NCBI GenBank assembly: GCA_038087875.1
Contig: CM075991.1
Location: 8,496,001-8,560,000 of the forward strand
Direction: 5' to 3'
DNA from: Malacoraja senta
Taxonomy: Eukaryota
DNA: 64,000 bases
Each line of letters starts with the position of its first letter. Within the stretch, counting starts at the first letter, position 1. Of the stretch, positions 37,555 through 52,811 are shown piece after piece. Below the pieces are notes generated by a model, which was given only the letters and a program-made list of their open reading frames with translations, was not told where the DNA came from and searched no databases. The position numbers and the translations under genes were made by a program.

Positions 37555-37942
37555 AAGGTAGACAAAATTGCTGGAGAAACTCAGCGGGTGCGGCAGCATC
37601 TATGGAGCGAAGGAAATCGGCAACGTTTCGGGCCGAAACCCTTCTTCAGACTGGAGGAAATAGGCAACGTTTCGGGCCGAAACCCTTCCGGGTTTCGGGC
37701 CGAAACGTTGCCTATTTCCTTCGCTCCATAGATGCTGCAGCACCCGCTGAGTTTCTCCGGCAATTTTGTCTACCTTCGATTTTCCAGCATCTGCAGTTCC
37801 TTCTTGAACATGTCTTAACAAAGCATCTTCTTATGTATTATCAGTCTGAAGAAGGGTCTCGACTAGAAACGTCACCTATTCCTTCGCTCCATAGATGCTG
37901 CCTCACCCGCTTGAGTTTCTCCGGCATTTTTATCCACCTTCT
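37555..37942. mobile_element. Cluster of inverted and tandem Penelope terminal repeats
   Basis: Two minus units (one partial) and two plus units around CGGGCCGAAAC junctions. Confidence 0.78.
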
Positions 37943-39792
37943 TATATTTCTCAACACTTTCTGAAATGGTTTTTCTCCAATAATGAACCCTAAAGAGCAG
38001 TCACTAAGTTTGTAAGTGAATAAAAAACCCTGCAGGTACTGGAGATTTCAGTTTAGTTTGTTTCATTGTCACGTGTAACGAGGTACAGTGAAAAGCTTTT
38101 TGTTGCGTGCTAACCAGTCAGCAGAAAGACAATGCATGATTGTAACCAATCCATTTGCAGTGTATAGACACATGATAAGGGAATAACGTTTAGTGCAAGG
38201 TGAAGCCAGCAAAGTCCAGTCAAGGATGGTCCAAGAGGTACTGTAGATCGTAGTAGATGATTTGAGTTAAAAGCAGAGAATGCTGGAGAAACTCAGCAGA
38301 TCAGGCAGCATGTGTGGAGAGAGAATTGGTTAACGTTTCAGATCGTTGACCTTCGGAACTATCCAACACACACTTGACAATATGCATTTATATCGTGCCA
38401 ATTAACCTACAAACATGTACGTCTTTGGAGTGTGGGAGGAAAACAGAAATCTTGGCGAAAACCCACGCAGGTCACGGGGAGAAGGTACAAACTCTGTATA
38501 GTCACCACCCGTAGTCAGGATCAAACCCGGGTCTCTGGCACTGTAAGGCAGTAACTCTACCGCTGTTACCGCCTATCGCTACTCTGCTGAAATTGCGCCA
38601 CCGTGCCGCCCTTCTTTGTAACTCTTTAATCCTTTTCATTTCCTTCCAAGTGCTGTTTTACTAGCTCAGAGTTTATCGTACATATAACAACATAGAAGGA
38701 GGCTATTCAGCCCATCTAATCCATGCCAGCTCCCAGCAGAGCAATTCCAACAGCCCCATTCCCTCTCTCCTTCTCCTGTTTCCCCGCAACTTATTCTCTC
38801 TCACACATGCCCGCCAACTCCCTTTTGATTTTTTCTTTACGATTAAATCATACCGAGGACTAACTTGTAGAAGTCGGGTAACTTGCCAGCACATCTTTGA
38901 GATGCTGGAGACAATTGGAACACCTGATGGGAACCCCCCCCCCCCCCCCCCCTCCACAGTCACAGGGAGAACATGCAAACTCCACGCAGACAGCACCCGA
39001 GGGCAGGATTGAACCGAGGACTCAGGCAGCAGCTCGAACATCTGCTTTACTGCACTATCCCTTATTCGTGCATGCGCCTTTAAATAATTTTAGCATGCCT
39101 ATGAAAATGATGCACGATAATCATTGACAATGTTCAAATCAATGATAAATATTATGCAAAATGATAGTCAAGATTCTACGAGCTATGACATTTAAATAAC
39201 GTACATTTGATAATCTTTTCGTCTCAAATGTGCATCAGTTAAAGAATAATACTGTGAAGTGATATTGAGGACTTGACGTACATTCAACATTTCATCTTGA
39301 ATGGTTATGTGATGAACAAACTTCAAAGTTAAATTATTTTTCTTTAACTCGCCTGAGTCGGTATTTTCTGCCGTTCCTTGCATTAACACGAGAACATTTC
39401 TGCCTTTTATTTGTGACCAGAAGAGGAGAAATTCTTCTGAAGAAATTACGAATGATAGCGTGTGTTAACATCAAGCATTCGTGTGGTAGATTAGGTAGAG
39501 GGTAGTTTTTACTTGTGTATATTCTCAGGGCATGGACATTCGACGTACAGATTAAAGCATTTCCGTTCTGCCATAATTAAAATGCAGAATTATCTGCATG
39601 CTGTCCAATCGCAGTTCCGACCATTCCATGAACCAAAAAGATAAGACATTCTTCTCTAAATGGAACCGCACTCTCCTTGGCCACATCTCATTCCGTGTTC
39701 AGGTGAAGATTGCACATACCTCCTGAAGATTGCACATACCTCCTGAAGTACTGCAAAGCAAGAGGGAACACAGTTTTAAAACTATCGCGTGT

Positions 39793-40020
39793 TGGAAGGA
39801 ACTGCAGATGCTGGTTTACACCGAAGATTGACACAAAATGCTGGAGGAACTCAGCGGGTCAGGCAGCATCTATGGAGAAAAGGAACAGGTGACTTTTCGG
39901 GTCGAGACCCTACATTGGATTGTCCGATGAAAGGTCCTGACCCGAAACATCACCTATTCTTTTTCTCCAGAGATGCTGCCTGACCCGCTGAGTTACTCCA
40001 ACATTTTGGGTCTATCTTCG
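39793..40020. mobile_element. Inverted pair of Penelope terminal repeats
   Basis: Imperfect palindrome with arms of about 100 bp. Confidence 0.72.
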
Positions 40021-40216
40021 AAACTATCACCCTTGTTTTCAATTTTTTTCACATGCACATACCCTCGTGCGACTGCAATTTCATCTGTTTCCTTACCTCC
40101 CTGAGGTATCTGCCCTCTTCAGACTTGAAGCCCACATACATTCCTGAATTTAATCGTTCCGTCATTGGAGGTCATTTCTTAAACTGCCAACAAAAGCTCA
40201 GGATGTTTTTCTCTAA

Positions 40217-40646
40217 AGGGCCTGTCCCACTTATGTGATTTTTAGGCGACTGCCGGTGACTAGGCTGTCGCCACATGGTCGCCAGGGTGTCGCCTGTATG
40301 GTCGTGAGTCGTCTCCTCAGTCGCCCAAAGAGTCGTAGCATTTTTCTGGTATCCGCTGGATTTTGAAATGTTCAAAACTTTTCGTCAACAGTCGGCGACG
40401 GCTGGCTTGTCATAGCTTGTCTTCTGCTGACGTAGGTGTTGTCGTAGGTTGTTGTAGGTTGTCGCCAGGATGGCGTATGTTGCCGCCAGGATGGCGTATG
40501 TTGCTGCCAGGATGGCGTATGTTGCCGCCAGGATGACGTATGTTGCCGCCAGGTGACGTAGGTTGTCGCCGGTGCTGACTTTGGTGAATTCCATTGTCGT
40601 ATTCACCGGCAGTCGCCTAAAAAATCGCCTACATGGGACAGGCCAA
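40217..40646. mobile_element. Harbinger-like MITE with internal 21-bp tandem repeat
   Basis: AGGGCCTGTCCCAC TIR; about five copies of GTTGCCGCCAGGATGGCGTAT at ~40458-40570; flanks TAA/TTA. Confidence 0.82.
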
Positions 40647-40719
40647 TTAGTCCAGTCGCCGTTTTTTCAGCGAACTGCTACGACTATGACAGTCGCCGGC
40701 AGTCGCCTAAACAGTTTCC

Positions 40720-41640
40720 TATTGTATTGTATTGTATTGTATATCTTTATTGTCATTTCCTGAGTATTCGCATACCCAGAGGAAACAAAAAAATGTTCCT
40801 CAACCAGTGTCCATTTCAATGTGCAGTAAAAAATAAATAGAAGTAAAAATACATATATCATGAACAAATTAATTAAAACTCTACTCTCTACTAAACATCA
40901 ACAGGCGTTCCGATCGGCAGCGGCACGACAGTGGCTCTGCTGCAGTGTGTCCAGGTTGGTGGTTGGTGCACGATACTTTGGCAGGGGGGCAAAGTCCGTT
41001 TATCAGTCTTATAACCTGCGGGAAGAAGCTGAGGAGCATCCTGCTGGTTTTGCACCTAATGCTCCGGTACCTCTTCCCAGATGGCAGGATGGAGAATATG
41101 TGATGGGATGGGTGGTAGGGGTCTTTGATGATGGAGATGGCTCTGCTGATACATCTCTTCCTGTATATGTCCAGCAGGAAAGGGAGTGGAGCACCAATAA
41201 TCCTGCTGGCGGTCTTCACAATCCTGTCTAGTTGGTGCCGTTCGTACGCCTTGCAGCTCCCGAACCAGGAAGTGATGCCGTAGGTTAATGTGCTCTCGAT
41301 TGTCCCCCTATAAAAAGTTCGTAGGTGTGTAGTGGGGAGACCTGCTTTACGTAGTCTTCGGAGAGGGTGTAGTCGCTGCTGGGCTCTCTTGACCAGTGCT
41401 GTGGTGTTGGTCGTGGACGTCAGGTCATCTGACAGGTGGAGTCCTAGGAACTTCACGCTGTTGACCCTTTCCACATCAGCTCCATCGATGTGCAGAGGTG
41501 TATGGTGTTGTTTTCCCGCCCTCCTGAAGTCAACCACCATCTCCTTCGTTTTTCCCACGTTGAGAATGAGGTTGTGGGATTTGCACCATCCTGTGAGCAG
41601 CTCCACCTCCATCCTGTACGCCGACTCATCATTGTCACTG
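40720..41640 (-). mobile_element. Rex1/Babar-like LINE, 5'-truncated, uninterrupted RT C-terminal ORF
   Basis: DESAYRMEVELLTGWC...LNVGKTKEMVVDFRR...KFLG...QQRLHPLRRLRK...FYRGTIESTLTY...LPSGKRYRS; (CAATA)n tail. Confidence 0.93.
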
Positions 41641-42658
41641 AAGGTTTTCCCTTCAACAAAGCTTTTGATCATTTGCTGCAATATGTGGATCAACAAAATG
41701 TAATTGAATTTAGTTTAGTTTAGTTTATTGTCAAGTGTAGCGAGGTACAGTGAAAAGCTATTGTTGCAGTCAGCGGAAAGACAATACATGATTCCAATCG
41801 AGCCGTCCACAGTGTACATCCACATCCATGATGTTTTTGTATAATGTTTAGTGCAAGGTAAAGCATGTAGAAGATTACCGTTGGCATTTAAGAATCATTT
41901 TCCATGAACAAAGATGAAGAGGACCCAATGTACAGAAGATGAGATATATATCGAGGTCCAAAGTTCAAAGTAAATAGAATCAATGAACTTGGAATAGATC
42001 AGAAACCTCTTTTAGTTTCTCTTTTTAAAATACTTTTCCTGTGTATTTCCATTCATACAGGGGGCAGCAGAGATCAGCTCATGAAACTGAGGATGAGATA
42101 TTCACTCGCAGCGATATATTTAAAAAAATGAAAGAAATCCATTTTGATGGCAGGCATGCCACAATCTATCAAAGGTCATATTCATCTCCAGATACTGAAT
42201 ACAAGATTCCATTCTTCAAGTGGAACAAATTCCACCTCTTTGTCCTCACTGCAATCTAATTTCTGGTCAGTACAATCCCTGAGAAACTGCGTTGAAATGG
42301 TCAGAACCTGTATTGAAGGAAATAACCCAAATTGAAAGAGAAAGGCGAGCGGGTAAAGTAGGTCAGGAAGCAGGGTCTTCTCTGCAGATATCTGGGAGCA
42401 AATGGATTCATTCAGGGGTGGGATAGCGCACCTGTGAATATCCCTGTCACCCACATCTCTCGTCATCCACCACCTTCCCACCAACTCCTCTGTCCCACTC
42501 ACCTCTGATAGAACATCTGATTCCCTCAGAGGAATTCAGACAATGTACTTGTCCATAATCTGCAAGGTGCAAAAGTCAAACAAGGGCTGTACTCTGGTCA
42601 ACACCATGGAACATACATTATGGGCCGAAGGACCATTTCCTGTGTAGCCTTGTTCTAT

Positions 42659-42995
42659 ATGTTCCCGATGTTGGGGGAGTCCAGAACCAGGGGCACAGTT
42701 TAAGAATAAGGAGTAAGCCATTTAGAACGGAGACGAGGAAACACTTTTTCTCACAGAGAGTGGTGAGTCTGTGGAATTCTCTGCCTCAGAGGGCGGTGGA
42801 GGCAGGTTCTCTGGATGCTTTCAAGAGAGAGCTAGATAGGGCTCTTAAAAATAGCGGAGTCAGGGGATATGGGGAGAAGGCAGGAACGGGGTACTGATTG
42901 GGGATGATCAGCCATGATCACATTGAATGGCGGTGCTGGCTTGAAGGGCCAAATGGCCTACTCCTGCACCTATTGTCTATTATCTATTGTCTATA
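42659..42995 (+). mobile_element. CR1/HER1-like LINE 3' fragment
   Basis: Near-identical to 8716-9030 and 54735-55032. Confidence 0.92.
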
Positions 42996-43654
42996 AGATA
43001 GACAGAAGATGCTGGAATAACTCAGCAGGTCAGGCAGCATCTCTGGAGAAAAAGAATAGGTGATGTTTCGGCTCGAGACCCTTCTTCAGACTGAAATGTT
43101 ACCTATTCCTTTTCTCCAGAGATGCTGCCCGACCTGCTCAGTTAGGCCAGGATTTTCTGCCTATCTTTGGTGTAAACAGATGTAAATGCATTGTGTGTTG
43201 ATGTGGGAGGGCAGGTTGAAAAAGTGATTAAAAAGTATGAATGACCTTGGCTTAAAAAGTAGGGACGAGAACAAGAAAGTTATTAAATGTAATGAACCTT
43301 TGTGAACAAAACACAAAGTGCTGGAGGAACTGAGTGGGTGAGACAGTATCTGTGGAGCGAATGGACGTGATGTTTCGGGTCAGGACCCTACTTCGGACTG
43401 AAAAAATCTAAAGAAGGGGCTAAGGATCACGGGTTTGATGCTGACCACGGGTGCTGTCTGTATGGAGTTTGTACTTTCTCCCCGTGACCCAAGTGGGTTT
43501 ACTCTGGGATCTCCGGGATTGAGAGGGAAAGATAGATCAGCCCTGATTGATTAGCGGAGTAGACTTGGTGGGCTGAATGGCCTGATTCTGTTACTAGAAC
43601 CTACAAACCTATGAACTTATGAGGGCAATATAATATATAGTTAGGGTGAATGGT

Positions 43655-44126
<472 letters not shown>

Positions 44127-44519
44127 CCTTTATTGTCATTCAGACCGAAGTCTGAACGAAATTGCAACAGTCATACATAAAACAACAATAAACACATATT
44201 AACATCCACCACAGTGAGTCCACCCAACATCTCCTCACTGTGATGGAGGCAAAAGTCTTAGGTCTGCAGTCTCTTCCCTCCTCTTCTCCCTCTAGGGTCT
44301 GAAACGAATGGTCAGGGAAGTAGTGGAGGCAGATTCACTCAAAGAGTACATGGAGAGGCTGGGTCAGTGTCTGAAAGGAAGGAATTTGCATGTGTGGAAA
44401 AAGGGACGGGGCATGAAGATAGGTGGATTGCTCCGACATTTAGATAGTACGGACATAATGGGCGAATGGCCTCTTTCTGTGATTCCAGCTTTCCGAATCA
44501 GATTTATTCCGTTACTTCA

Positions 44520-44835
44520 GGGCAGCACGGTGGAGCAGCGGTAGAGTTGCTGCCTCACAGCGGCAGGGACCCGGGTTCGATCCTGACCTCGGGTGCTGTC
44601 TGTACGGAGTTTGTACCTTCTCCCCGCAGCCTGCGTGGGTTATTCTCAGGGATCTCCAGTCTCCTCCCACACTCCAAAGACGTACAGGTTTGCAGGTTAA
44701 TTGGCGTTGGAAACAGTGTAAATTATCCCGAGTGTGTGTAGAATAGCGTTAGTGTGTGGGGATCGCTGGTCGGCGTGGATTCGGTGGGCCGAAGGGCCTG
44801 TTTCCGCACTGTATCTCTAAACTAAAAAACTAAAC
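44520..44835 (+). mobile_element. Full-length HE1-like SINE
   Basis: A-box, B-box, core and tail. Confidence 0.92.
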
Positions 44836-45070
44836 TTCTCAAATAACAACCACTAAGTTAGATGCGGTGATCCAGCTACGGCTCTGAGCTGTTGACCTAT
44901 TCCTCAAAGTGGCGCCAATTGGTTAATGATGTCTGGTGAACTGTGAACATTGTAGTCGACGGCAACTCACACAGCACTCCAAAATGTAATCGGGCCAGAG
45001 CAGGTCATGATACTTCCAATTTTCTTCCTGCATCTCCAAAAAGGGTTAACTAATGTGGAGCTGTGGTTTT

Positions 45071-45480
45071 CACCTTGTCGTGGTGGAGAAGCTTGTGTGG
45101 TCCTGAGATCCTGAGAGCGATGCCGTCTGGAGCTATGCTCCTGGTAGGGCCACCCATGGCGGTAAGGTCGAGGGGGAGGTCGCCGACAAAGAGCAATCCA
45201 ACCAAGACCTCAACGTTGGAACAGGCGGAGGACAATGGCTGATCTTAGTGGAGCGTCACAACGGCTGGGAAGGCGGATGAAGGCTGCAGCAGAAAAGGGT
45301 CCCCGGTCGTCTTGGACTCCATGCCACTGGATCCTGACCCAGATCTGTCAAGGACCGTGTGGTGGCTGTCTGTGCACCAGTCTCCCCACGTTAAACAAAG
45401 TCACCCACAGGCGTCCTCCATATAGGGAATAGCACCCTGGAGACACCCATGGTCAGCCATGACCGAAGGGGGCGTAAGAA
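45071..45480 (+). mobile_element. Non-autonomous RTE-derived element
   Basis: Starts CACCTTGTCGTGGTGGAGAAGCTTG...GGTAGGGCCACCCATGGC, resembling RTE-clade (Rex3/BovB-type) 5' ends; ends TAAGAA; direct repeat GGTTTTCA at 45065-45072 and 45481-45488. Confidence 0.6.
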
Positions 45481-45532
45481 GGTTTTCAGCGCATTGGTTG
45501 GCCATTAGGACATTCCTGAAGAGTCGAAGTGG

Positions 45533-47305
45533 GAAACATAGAAACATAGAAAATAGGTGCAGGAGTAGGCCATTCGGCCCTTCGAACCTGCACTGCCATT
45601 CAATATGATCATTGCTGATCATCCAACTCAGTATCCTGTACCTGCCTTCTCTCCATACCCCCTGATCCCTTTAGCCACAAGGGCCACATTTAACTCCCTC
45701 TTAAATATAGCCAATGAACTGGCCTCAACTACCTTCTGTGGCAGAGAGTTCCACAGATTCACCACTCTCTGTGTGAAAAATGTTTTTCTCATCTCGGTCC
45801 TAAAGGATTTCCCCTTAATCCTTAAACTGTGACCCCTTGTCCTGGACTTCCCCAACATTGGGAACAATCTTCCTGCATCTAGCCTGTCCAACCCCTTAAG
45901 AATTTTGTAAGTTTCTATAAGATCCCCCCTCAATCTTCTAAATTCTAGCGAGTACAAGCCGAGTCTATCCAGTCTTTCTTCATATGAAAGTCCTGACATC
46001 CCAGGAATCAATCTGGTGAACCTTCTCTGTACTCTATGGCAAGAATGTCTTTCCTCAGATTTGGAGACCAAAACTGTACGCAATACTCCAGGTGTGGTCT
46101 CACCAAGACCCTGTACAACTGCAGTAGAACCTCCCTGCTCCTATACTCAAATCCTTTTGCTATGAATGCTAACATACCATTCGCTTTCTTCACTGCCTGC
46201 TGCACCTGCATGCCTACTTTTAATGACTGGTGTACCATGACACCCAGGTCTCGTTGCATCTCCCCTTTCCCTAATCGGCCACCATTTAGATAATAGTCTA
46301 CTTTCCTGTTTTTGCCACCAAAGTGGATAACCTCATATTTATCCACATTATACTGCATCTGCCATGCATTTGCCCACTCACCCAGCCTATCCAAGTCACC
46401 TTGCAGCCTCCTAGCATCCTCCTCACAGCTAACACTGCCCCCCAGCTTCGTGTCATCCGCAAACTTGGAGATGTTGCATTCAATTCCCTCGTCCAAATCA
46501 TTAATATATATTGTAAATAGCTGGGGTACCAGCACTGAGCCTTGTGGTACCCCACTAGTCACTGCCTGCCATTCTGAAAAGGACCCGTTTACTCCTACTC
46601 TTTGCTTCCTGTTTGCCAGCCAGTTCTCTATCCACATCAATACTGAACCCCCAATACCGTGTGCTTTAAGTTTGTATACTAATCTCTTATGTGGGACCTT
46701 GTCGAAAGCCTTCTGAAAGTCCAGATATAACACATCCACTGGTTCTCCCTTATCCACTCTACTAGTTACATCCTTGAAAAATTCTATAAGATTCGTCAGA
46801 CATGATTTACCTTTCGTAAATCCATGCTGACTTTGTCCAATTATTTCACCACTTTCCAAATGTGCTGCTATCCCATCTTAATAACTGACTAGCAGTTTCC
46901 CCACTACCGATGTTAGACTAACTGGTCTGTAATTCCCCGTTTTCTCTCTCCCTCCCTTTTTAAAAAGGGGGGTCACATTAGCTACCCTCCAATCCTCAGG
47001 AACTACTCCAGAATCTAAGGAGTTTTGAAAAATTATCACTAATGCATCCACTATTTCTGGGGCTACTTCCTTAAGTACTCTGGGATGCAGCCTATCTGGC
47101 CCTGGGGATTTATCGGCCTTTAATCCATTCAATTTACCTAACACCACTTCCCGGCTAACCTGAATTTCACTCAGTTCTTCTATCTCATTTGACCGGCGGT
47201 CCCCTGCTATTTCCGGCAGATTATTTATGTCTTCCTTAGTGAAGACAGAACCAAAGTAGTTATTCAATTGGTCTGCCATGTCCTTGTTCCCCATCATCAA
47301 TTCAC
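45533..47305 (-). mobile_element. CR1/HER1-like LINE, 1.8 kb, 5'-truncated, disrupted RT
   Basis: KSPGPD, NYRPVSLTS, QHGF, YLDFQKAFD, GVPQGSVL and FADD motifs; frameshifts near 46870 and 46035; (TTCTATGT)n tail. Confidence 0.96.
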
Positions 47306-47975
47306 CGGAGTAAAGGAAACGGAACACGAATACCCTGCCAGAATGTTCAAGTTCCATCACTCTGCTTATCAGCTACTGATTCTAATTCAGGAGCAGACTG
47401 TAGGCATGTTGTAATATAGTCAAGTTCATGCACTGGTCCATGCACAGAATCTTCATGCCACCCTTTCAATCCCATTATCCTGAATTACTGATCCAGACAC
47501 ATCACTTCACTCTTTCATCTAAGCATGAAATTGCCCTGAATGGTTAATGCTTACAGCATGCACATATTGAATCCTGTTGGGCTCAGGGATCGTGATGGCT
47601 AATTTCAATTACAGACCCTGGCATGGGTCACACTGTTCATATTTCAATAATTCCTGCTGCAGATGAGATCGGGTTTTTTTTAAAACAAAGATTACCTTTC
47701 CATTATTTTCATGCGGGTGTTTTCTTTGTTAAGTTGGTAATTTTTCCGTATGATTGGTAATGAAAATCCTGCAGTGATGTTGGCATAAGTCACGTCTCAG
47801 TAATCCCCGCAATGATGGGGGGATAATTGCAGTCATTTTACGCTCAGATATATATCTGTGTATATATATATATATATATATATGTACTAGACTAAGTGGG
47901 ACCCGTTGGGTCCCAGCTTCACATGGGAGGGCTGGTCCCCCAATGCAATATTACACGTCTCCACCAATTCCAATA

Positions 47976-49720
<1,745 letters not shown>

Positions 49721-49904
49721 ATATATATGACAGTAAACTTTCTTTAATCTATTTACACGGCTGAGCGCGGCCACTCCACTGTGGGGCTTCCGCAGTCAGC
49801 AGCACTTCCGCACTCAGCGCAATCTCTGCACTCACCGGAAATTACGCAACCACCGCGACCTGTTCACTAAGTGGAAGTCACAAAATGAGCGGGAGTTTTG
49901 GACT

Positions 49905-50079
49905 AAACACAGTCGGACCTAATAAAGCATTTATTCCTTCCAAACACAGTCGGACCTAATAAAGCATTTATTCCTTCCAAACACAGTCGGACCTAATAAA
50001 GCATTTATTCCTTCCAAACACAGTCGGACCTAATAAAGCATTTATTCCTTCCAAACATAGTTGGACCTAATAAAGCATT
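49905..50079. repeat. 37-bp tandem repeat, 4.7 copies
   Basis: AAACACAGTCGGACCTAATAAAGCATTTATTCCTTCC starts at 49905, 49942, 49979, 50016 and 50053. Confidence 0.97.
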
Positions 50080-52122
50080 GCAGTTTCAAGCACAGGCAGG
50101 GCAGCAGGCCAAACAACTCATGGCATTGTCATTTCATTTCATTTCATTTCCAATTAAGCATTGCACTTTCAAGCACAGGCAGGGCAGCAGGCCAAACAAC
50201 TCATGGCATTGCCATTAAGGGCTATTTATTGCAAGTACATTGCAGACTCACAGTTCAGTTGATTCACAGCTTAGAATGACAGTCGTGGCCTCTCCCTCGC
50301 GATCTTGCAGAGTGACTGACTCACGTCCAGGCATCCGGGGTTTTATAGTCCTGCCCCCCCCACCCCCCCCCCCGGAAGTGGCATTACCTTCATCGTGGTG
50401 ATTGACAGGCGAGAGGACCAATCAGCTGATCTAAAGGTTTTTTAAACACTCATAACTTTTTTATTTTTCATCGATGGGAAAAATCCTCGGGACTGGCGCA
50501 GCGGAGGAGGACTGTGAGTGAGATGGCCATAAATCACAGCGATACAGGGTAGTGTTTTTTTTATAAAATCAATATACAGCGCAGACAGGAAGTGGTCAAG
50601 ATGAGACTTTTAATTATATAGATATATATATAGGTAGACACAAAAATGCTGGAGTAACTCAGCGGGACAGGCAGCATCTCTGGAGAGAAGGAATTGGTGA
50701 CATTTCGGGTCGAGACCCTTCTTCAGACTTATACATATATGAAGGAACTGCAGATGCTGGTTTAAACCGAACATAGACATCTCTGAAGTGAAGGAATGGG
50801 TGACTGAAGAAGGTTCTTGACCCGAAATGTCACCCATTCCTTCTCTCCAGAGATGCTGCCTGTCCCGCTGAGTTACTCCAGCTTTTTGTGTCTATCTTCG
50901 CCAAATTACAGGCGCTCTCTGGATGGGACAATGGGATGCCAGCCCTGGCAGCATCTCCCTACGCTACAACCTCCAGCACCCAGAAGGACAAGGTCCTTTG
51001 GTCTCAGAGACGAGAGCAGTGCAGCATTACAATCAGCAGCATCACAATAAGTTAGTGCTTGCAGCTTGCGTTTACGTGATACTACGGGCTTGCTTTTATT
51101 ACTCGGGTTTGTCCTATTAATCCCCACTATTTAGAAGCATGTTTCTGATGAATTATCATCAGTATTCACCGGTTGAGGCCGTTTCTGTAGAGATGATGCG
51201 GAGATTGATAGATATGCATCTCTGTTTGCGGAATGGAATCACAAGGCATTTTAGATAAAGGTTCCTTATAAGTGGCTCTACAAAGCACCGCTTGTAACAC
51301 AGCCATCTCAGAAGAAAAGATTCTGGTTAAAGAACACGGGCTCTCAGCACCTTCCAAACACATATTTCCTGATGATTATTAGGAAGATATTTGGCCCACC
51401 ATGCCCCTGCCAACTGAAGGAGGAAGAATGTGTAGGACATGGTCACTGGACTTAGAGAACAAACAAGCACTGACCTCAGCACCAGCAATCTACCAGAGGG
51501 GTCCATAACGGAATGGAATCGTGGAAAGGAGTTGGGAAAAGATTCCCGATCAGGCAGCAAGTTTGCTTTTGTAAAGTAATATGATGCAAATCTCTTTAGC
51601 CCATTCGCTCACAGCAAAACTGAAACATTTCTGTTTAGTTACTTGTTTAATGAGGCATTTGTCAAAAATAAAATGTGTATGGGCAAAACAGTGTGAAGCA
51701 TCAGAGAAAGGAAAATAGCTTCACTAGCTTCACACAATGGTGGCTGCCTGCAAAAGCCAGCAATGATTTTTAATTAGATCTGCAGAATGGTTTTGCGTAA
51801 CCATTAGAGAACTAATTACATATACAAAGAAAACTTGTGCAGGCCAACAAAGAACCAAGAATTTAGGCAAATTTAGCAATCATTCTGTTTTTATAAGCAC
51901 TCGCTTATTTATTTTCAATGTGCAGAAAAGTGAAGAATGCAGTTGCTGGTTGAATTATGTTGAAAATAACCTAGTGTTGCAATATCGTAGATAGACATAA
52001 AAAGCTGGAGTAACTCAGCGGGACAGGCGGCATCTCTGGAGAGAAGGAATGGGTGACATTTCGGGTCGAGACCCTTCTTCAGACTGGTTAGGGACAAGGG
52101 AAACGAGAGACATACACGCTGA

Positions 52123-52292
52123 TGTAGTGGCAAGGGTGGGGGACAGATTGGTGAAATTTGAGCAATGTGTGTAGACGGTATTGAACAATTTGTACAGCCT
52201 CCGAAAATGTCGGATGAATTTTTCGCATGGTTCATGTATTGTATATATTTATTACCCGAATAAAGCCTATTTTGAAAAAAAATAAAATAAAA
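52123..52292 (+). mobile_element. Short poly(A) retro-insertion (Tx1/L1-like 3' UTR) inside an inverted Penelope pair (51990-52450)
   Basis: 11-bp TSD ATACACGCTGA (52112-52122, 52293-52303), AATAAA and an A-rich tail. Confidence 0.75.
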
Positions 52293-52512
52293 ATACACGC
52301 TGAGAGATAAAGAACAATGAATGAAAGATAAAGTAATGATGATAAAAGAAACAGGCCATTGTTAGCTCGACCCGAAACGTCACCCATTCCTTCTCTCCAG
52401 AGATGCTGCCTGTCCCGCTGAGTTACTCCAGCATTTTGTGTCTATCTTCCCTCTACATTGGCTTCCCAGCATTGAGATGTTCGGTATACCTGAGGTTAAA
52501 CACAGAGCATAG

Positions 52513-52811
52513 AGGGCGGCATGGAGGTGCAGCGGTAAAGTTGCTGCCGTGCAGCGCCAGAGACCCGGGTTCCATCCTGACTACGGGGTGCTGCCTGTAC
52601 AGAGTTTGTACGCTGTCCCCGTGACCTGCGGGGGTTTTCAACCGGGAGCTCCGGTTTCCTCCCACACTCCATAGACGTACAGGTTTGCAGGTTAATTGGC
52701 TTCGGCAACATTGTAAATTGTCCCTGGTGTGCGGGCGCGGGGATGGCTGGTTGGCGCGGACTCGGGGGGCTTGTTTCCGTGCTGTATCTCTAAACTAAAC
52801 TAAACTAAACT
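52513..52811 (+). mobile_element. Full-length HE1-like SINE
   Basis: Head, core and (TAAAC)n tail. Confidence 0.9.

Noticed and set aside
39704..39748. 20-bp direct repeat as a TSD or regulatory repeat
   Set aside because: Simple adjacent tandem duplication with nothing inserted between copies.
40881..41696. 271-aa host gene
   Set aside because: C-terminal RT region of a 5'-truncated Rex1/Babar LINE; the N-terminal residues come from flanking DNA.
49905..50079. 37-bp repeats as a CRISPR array
   Set aside because: Head-to-tail with no spacers, no cas genes, eukaryotic context, and inside a Helitron.
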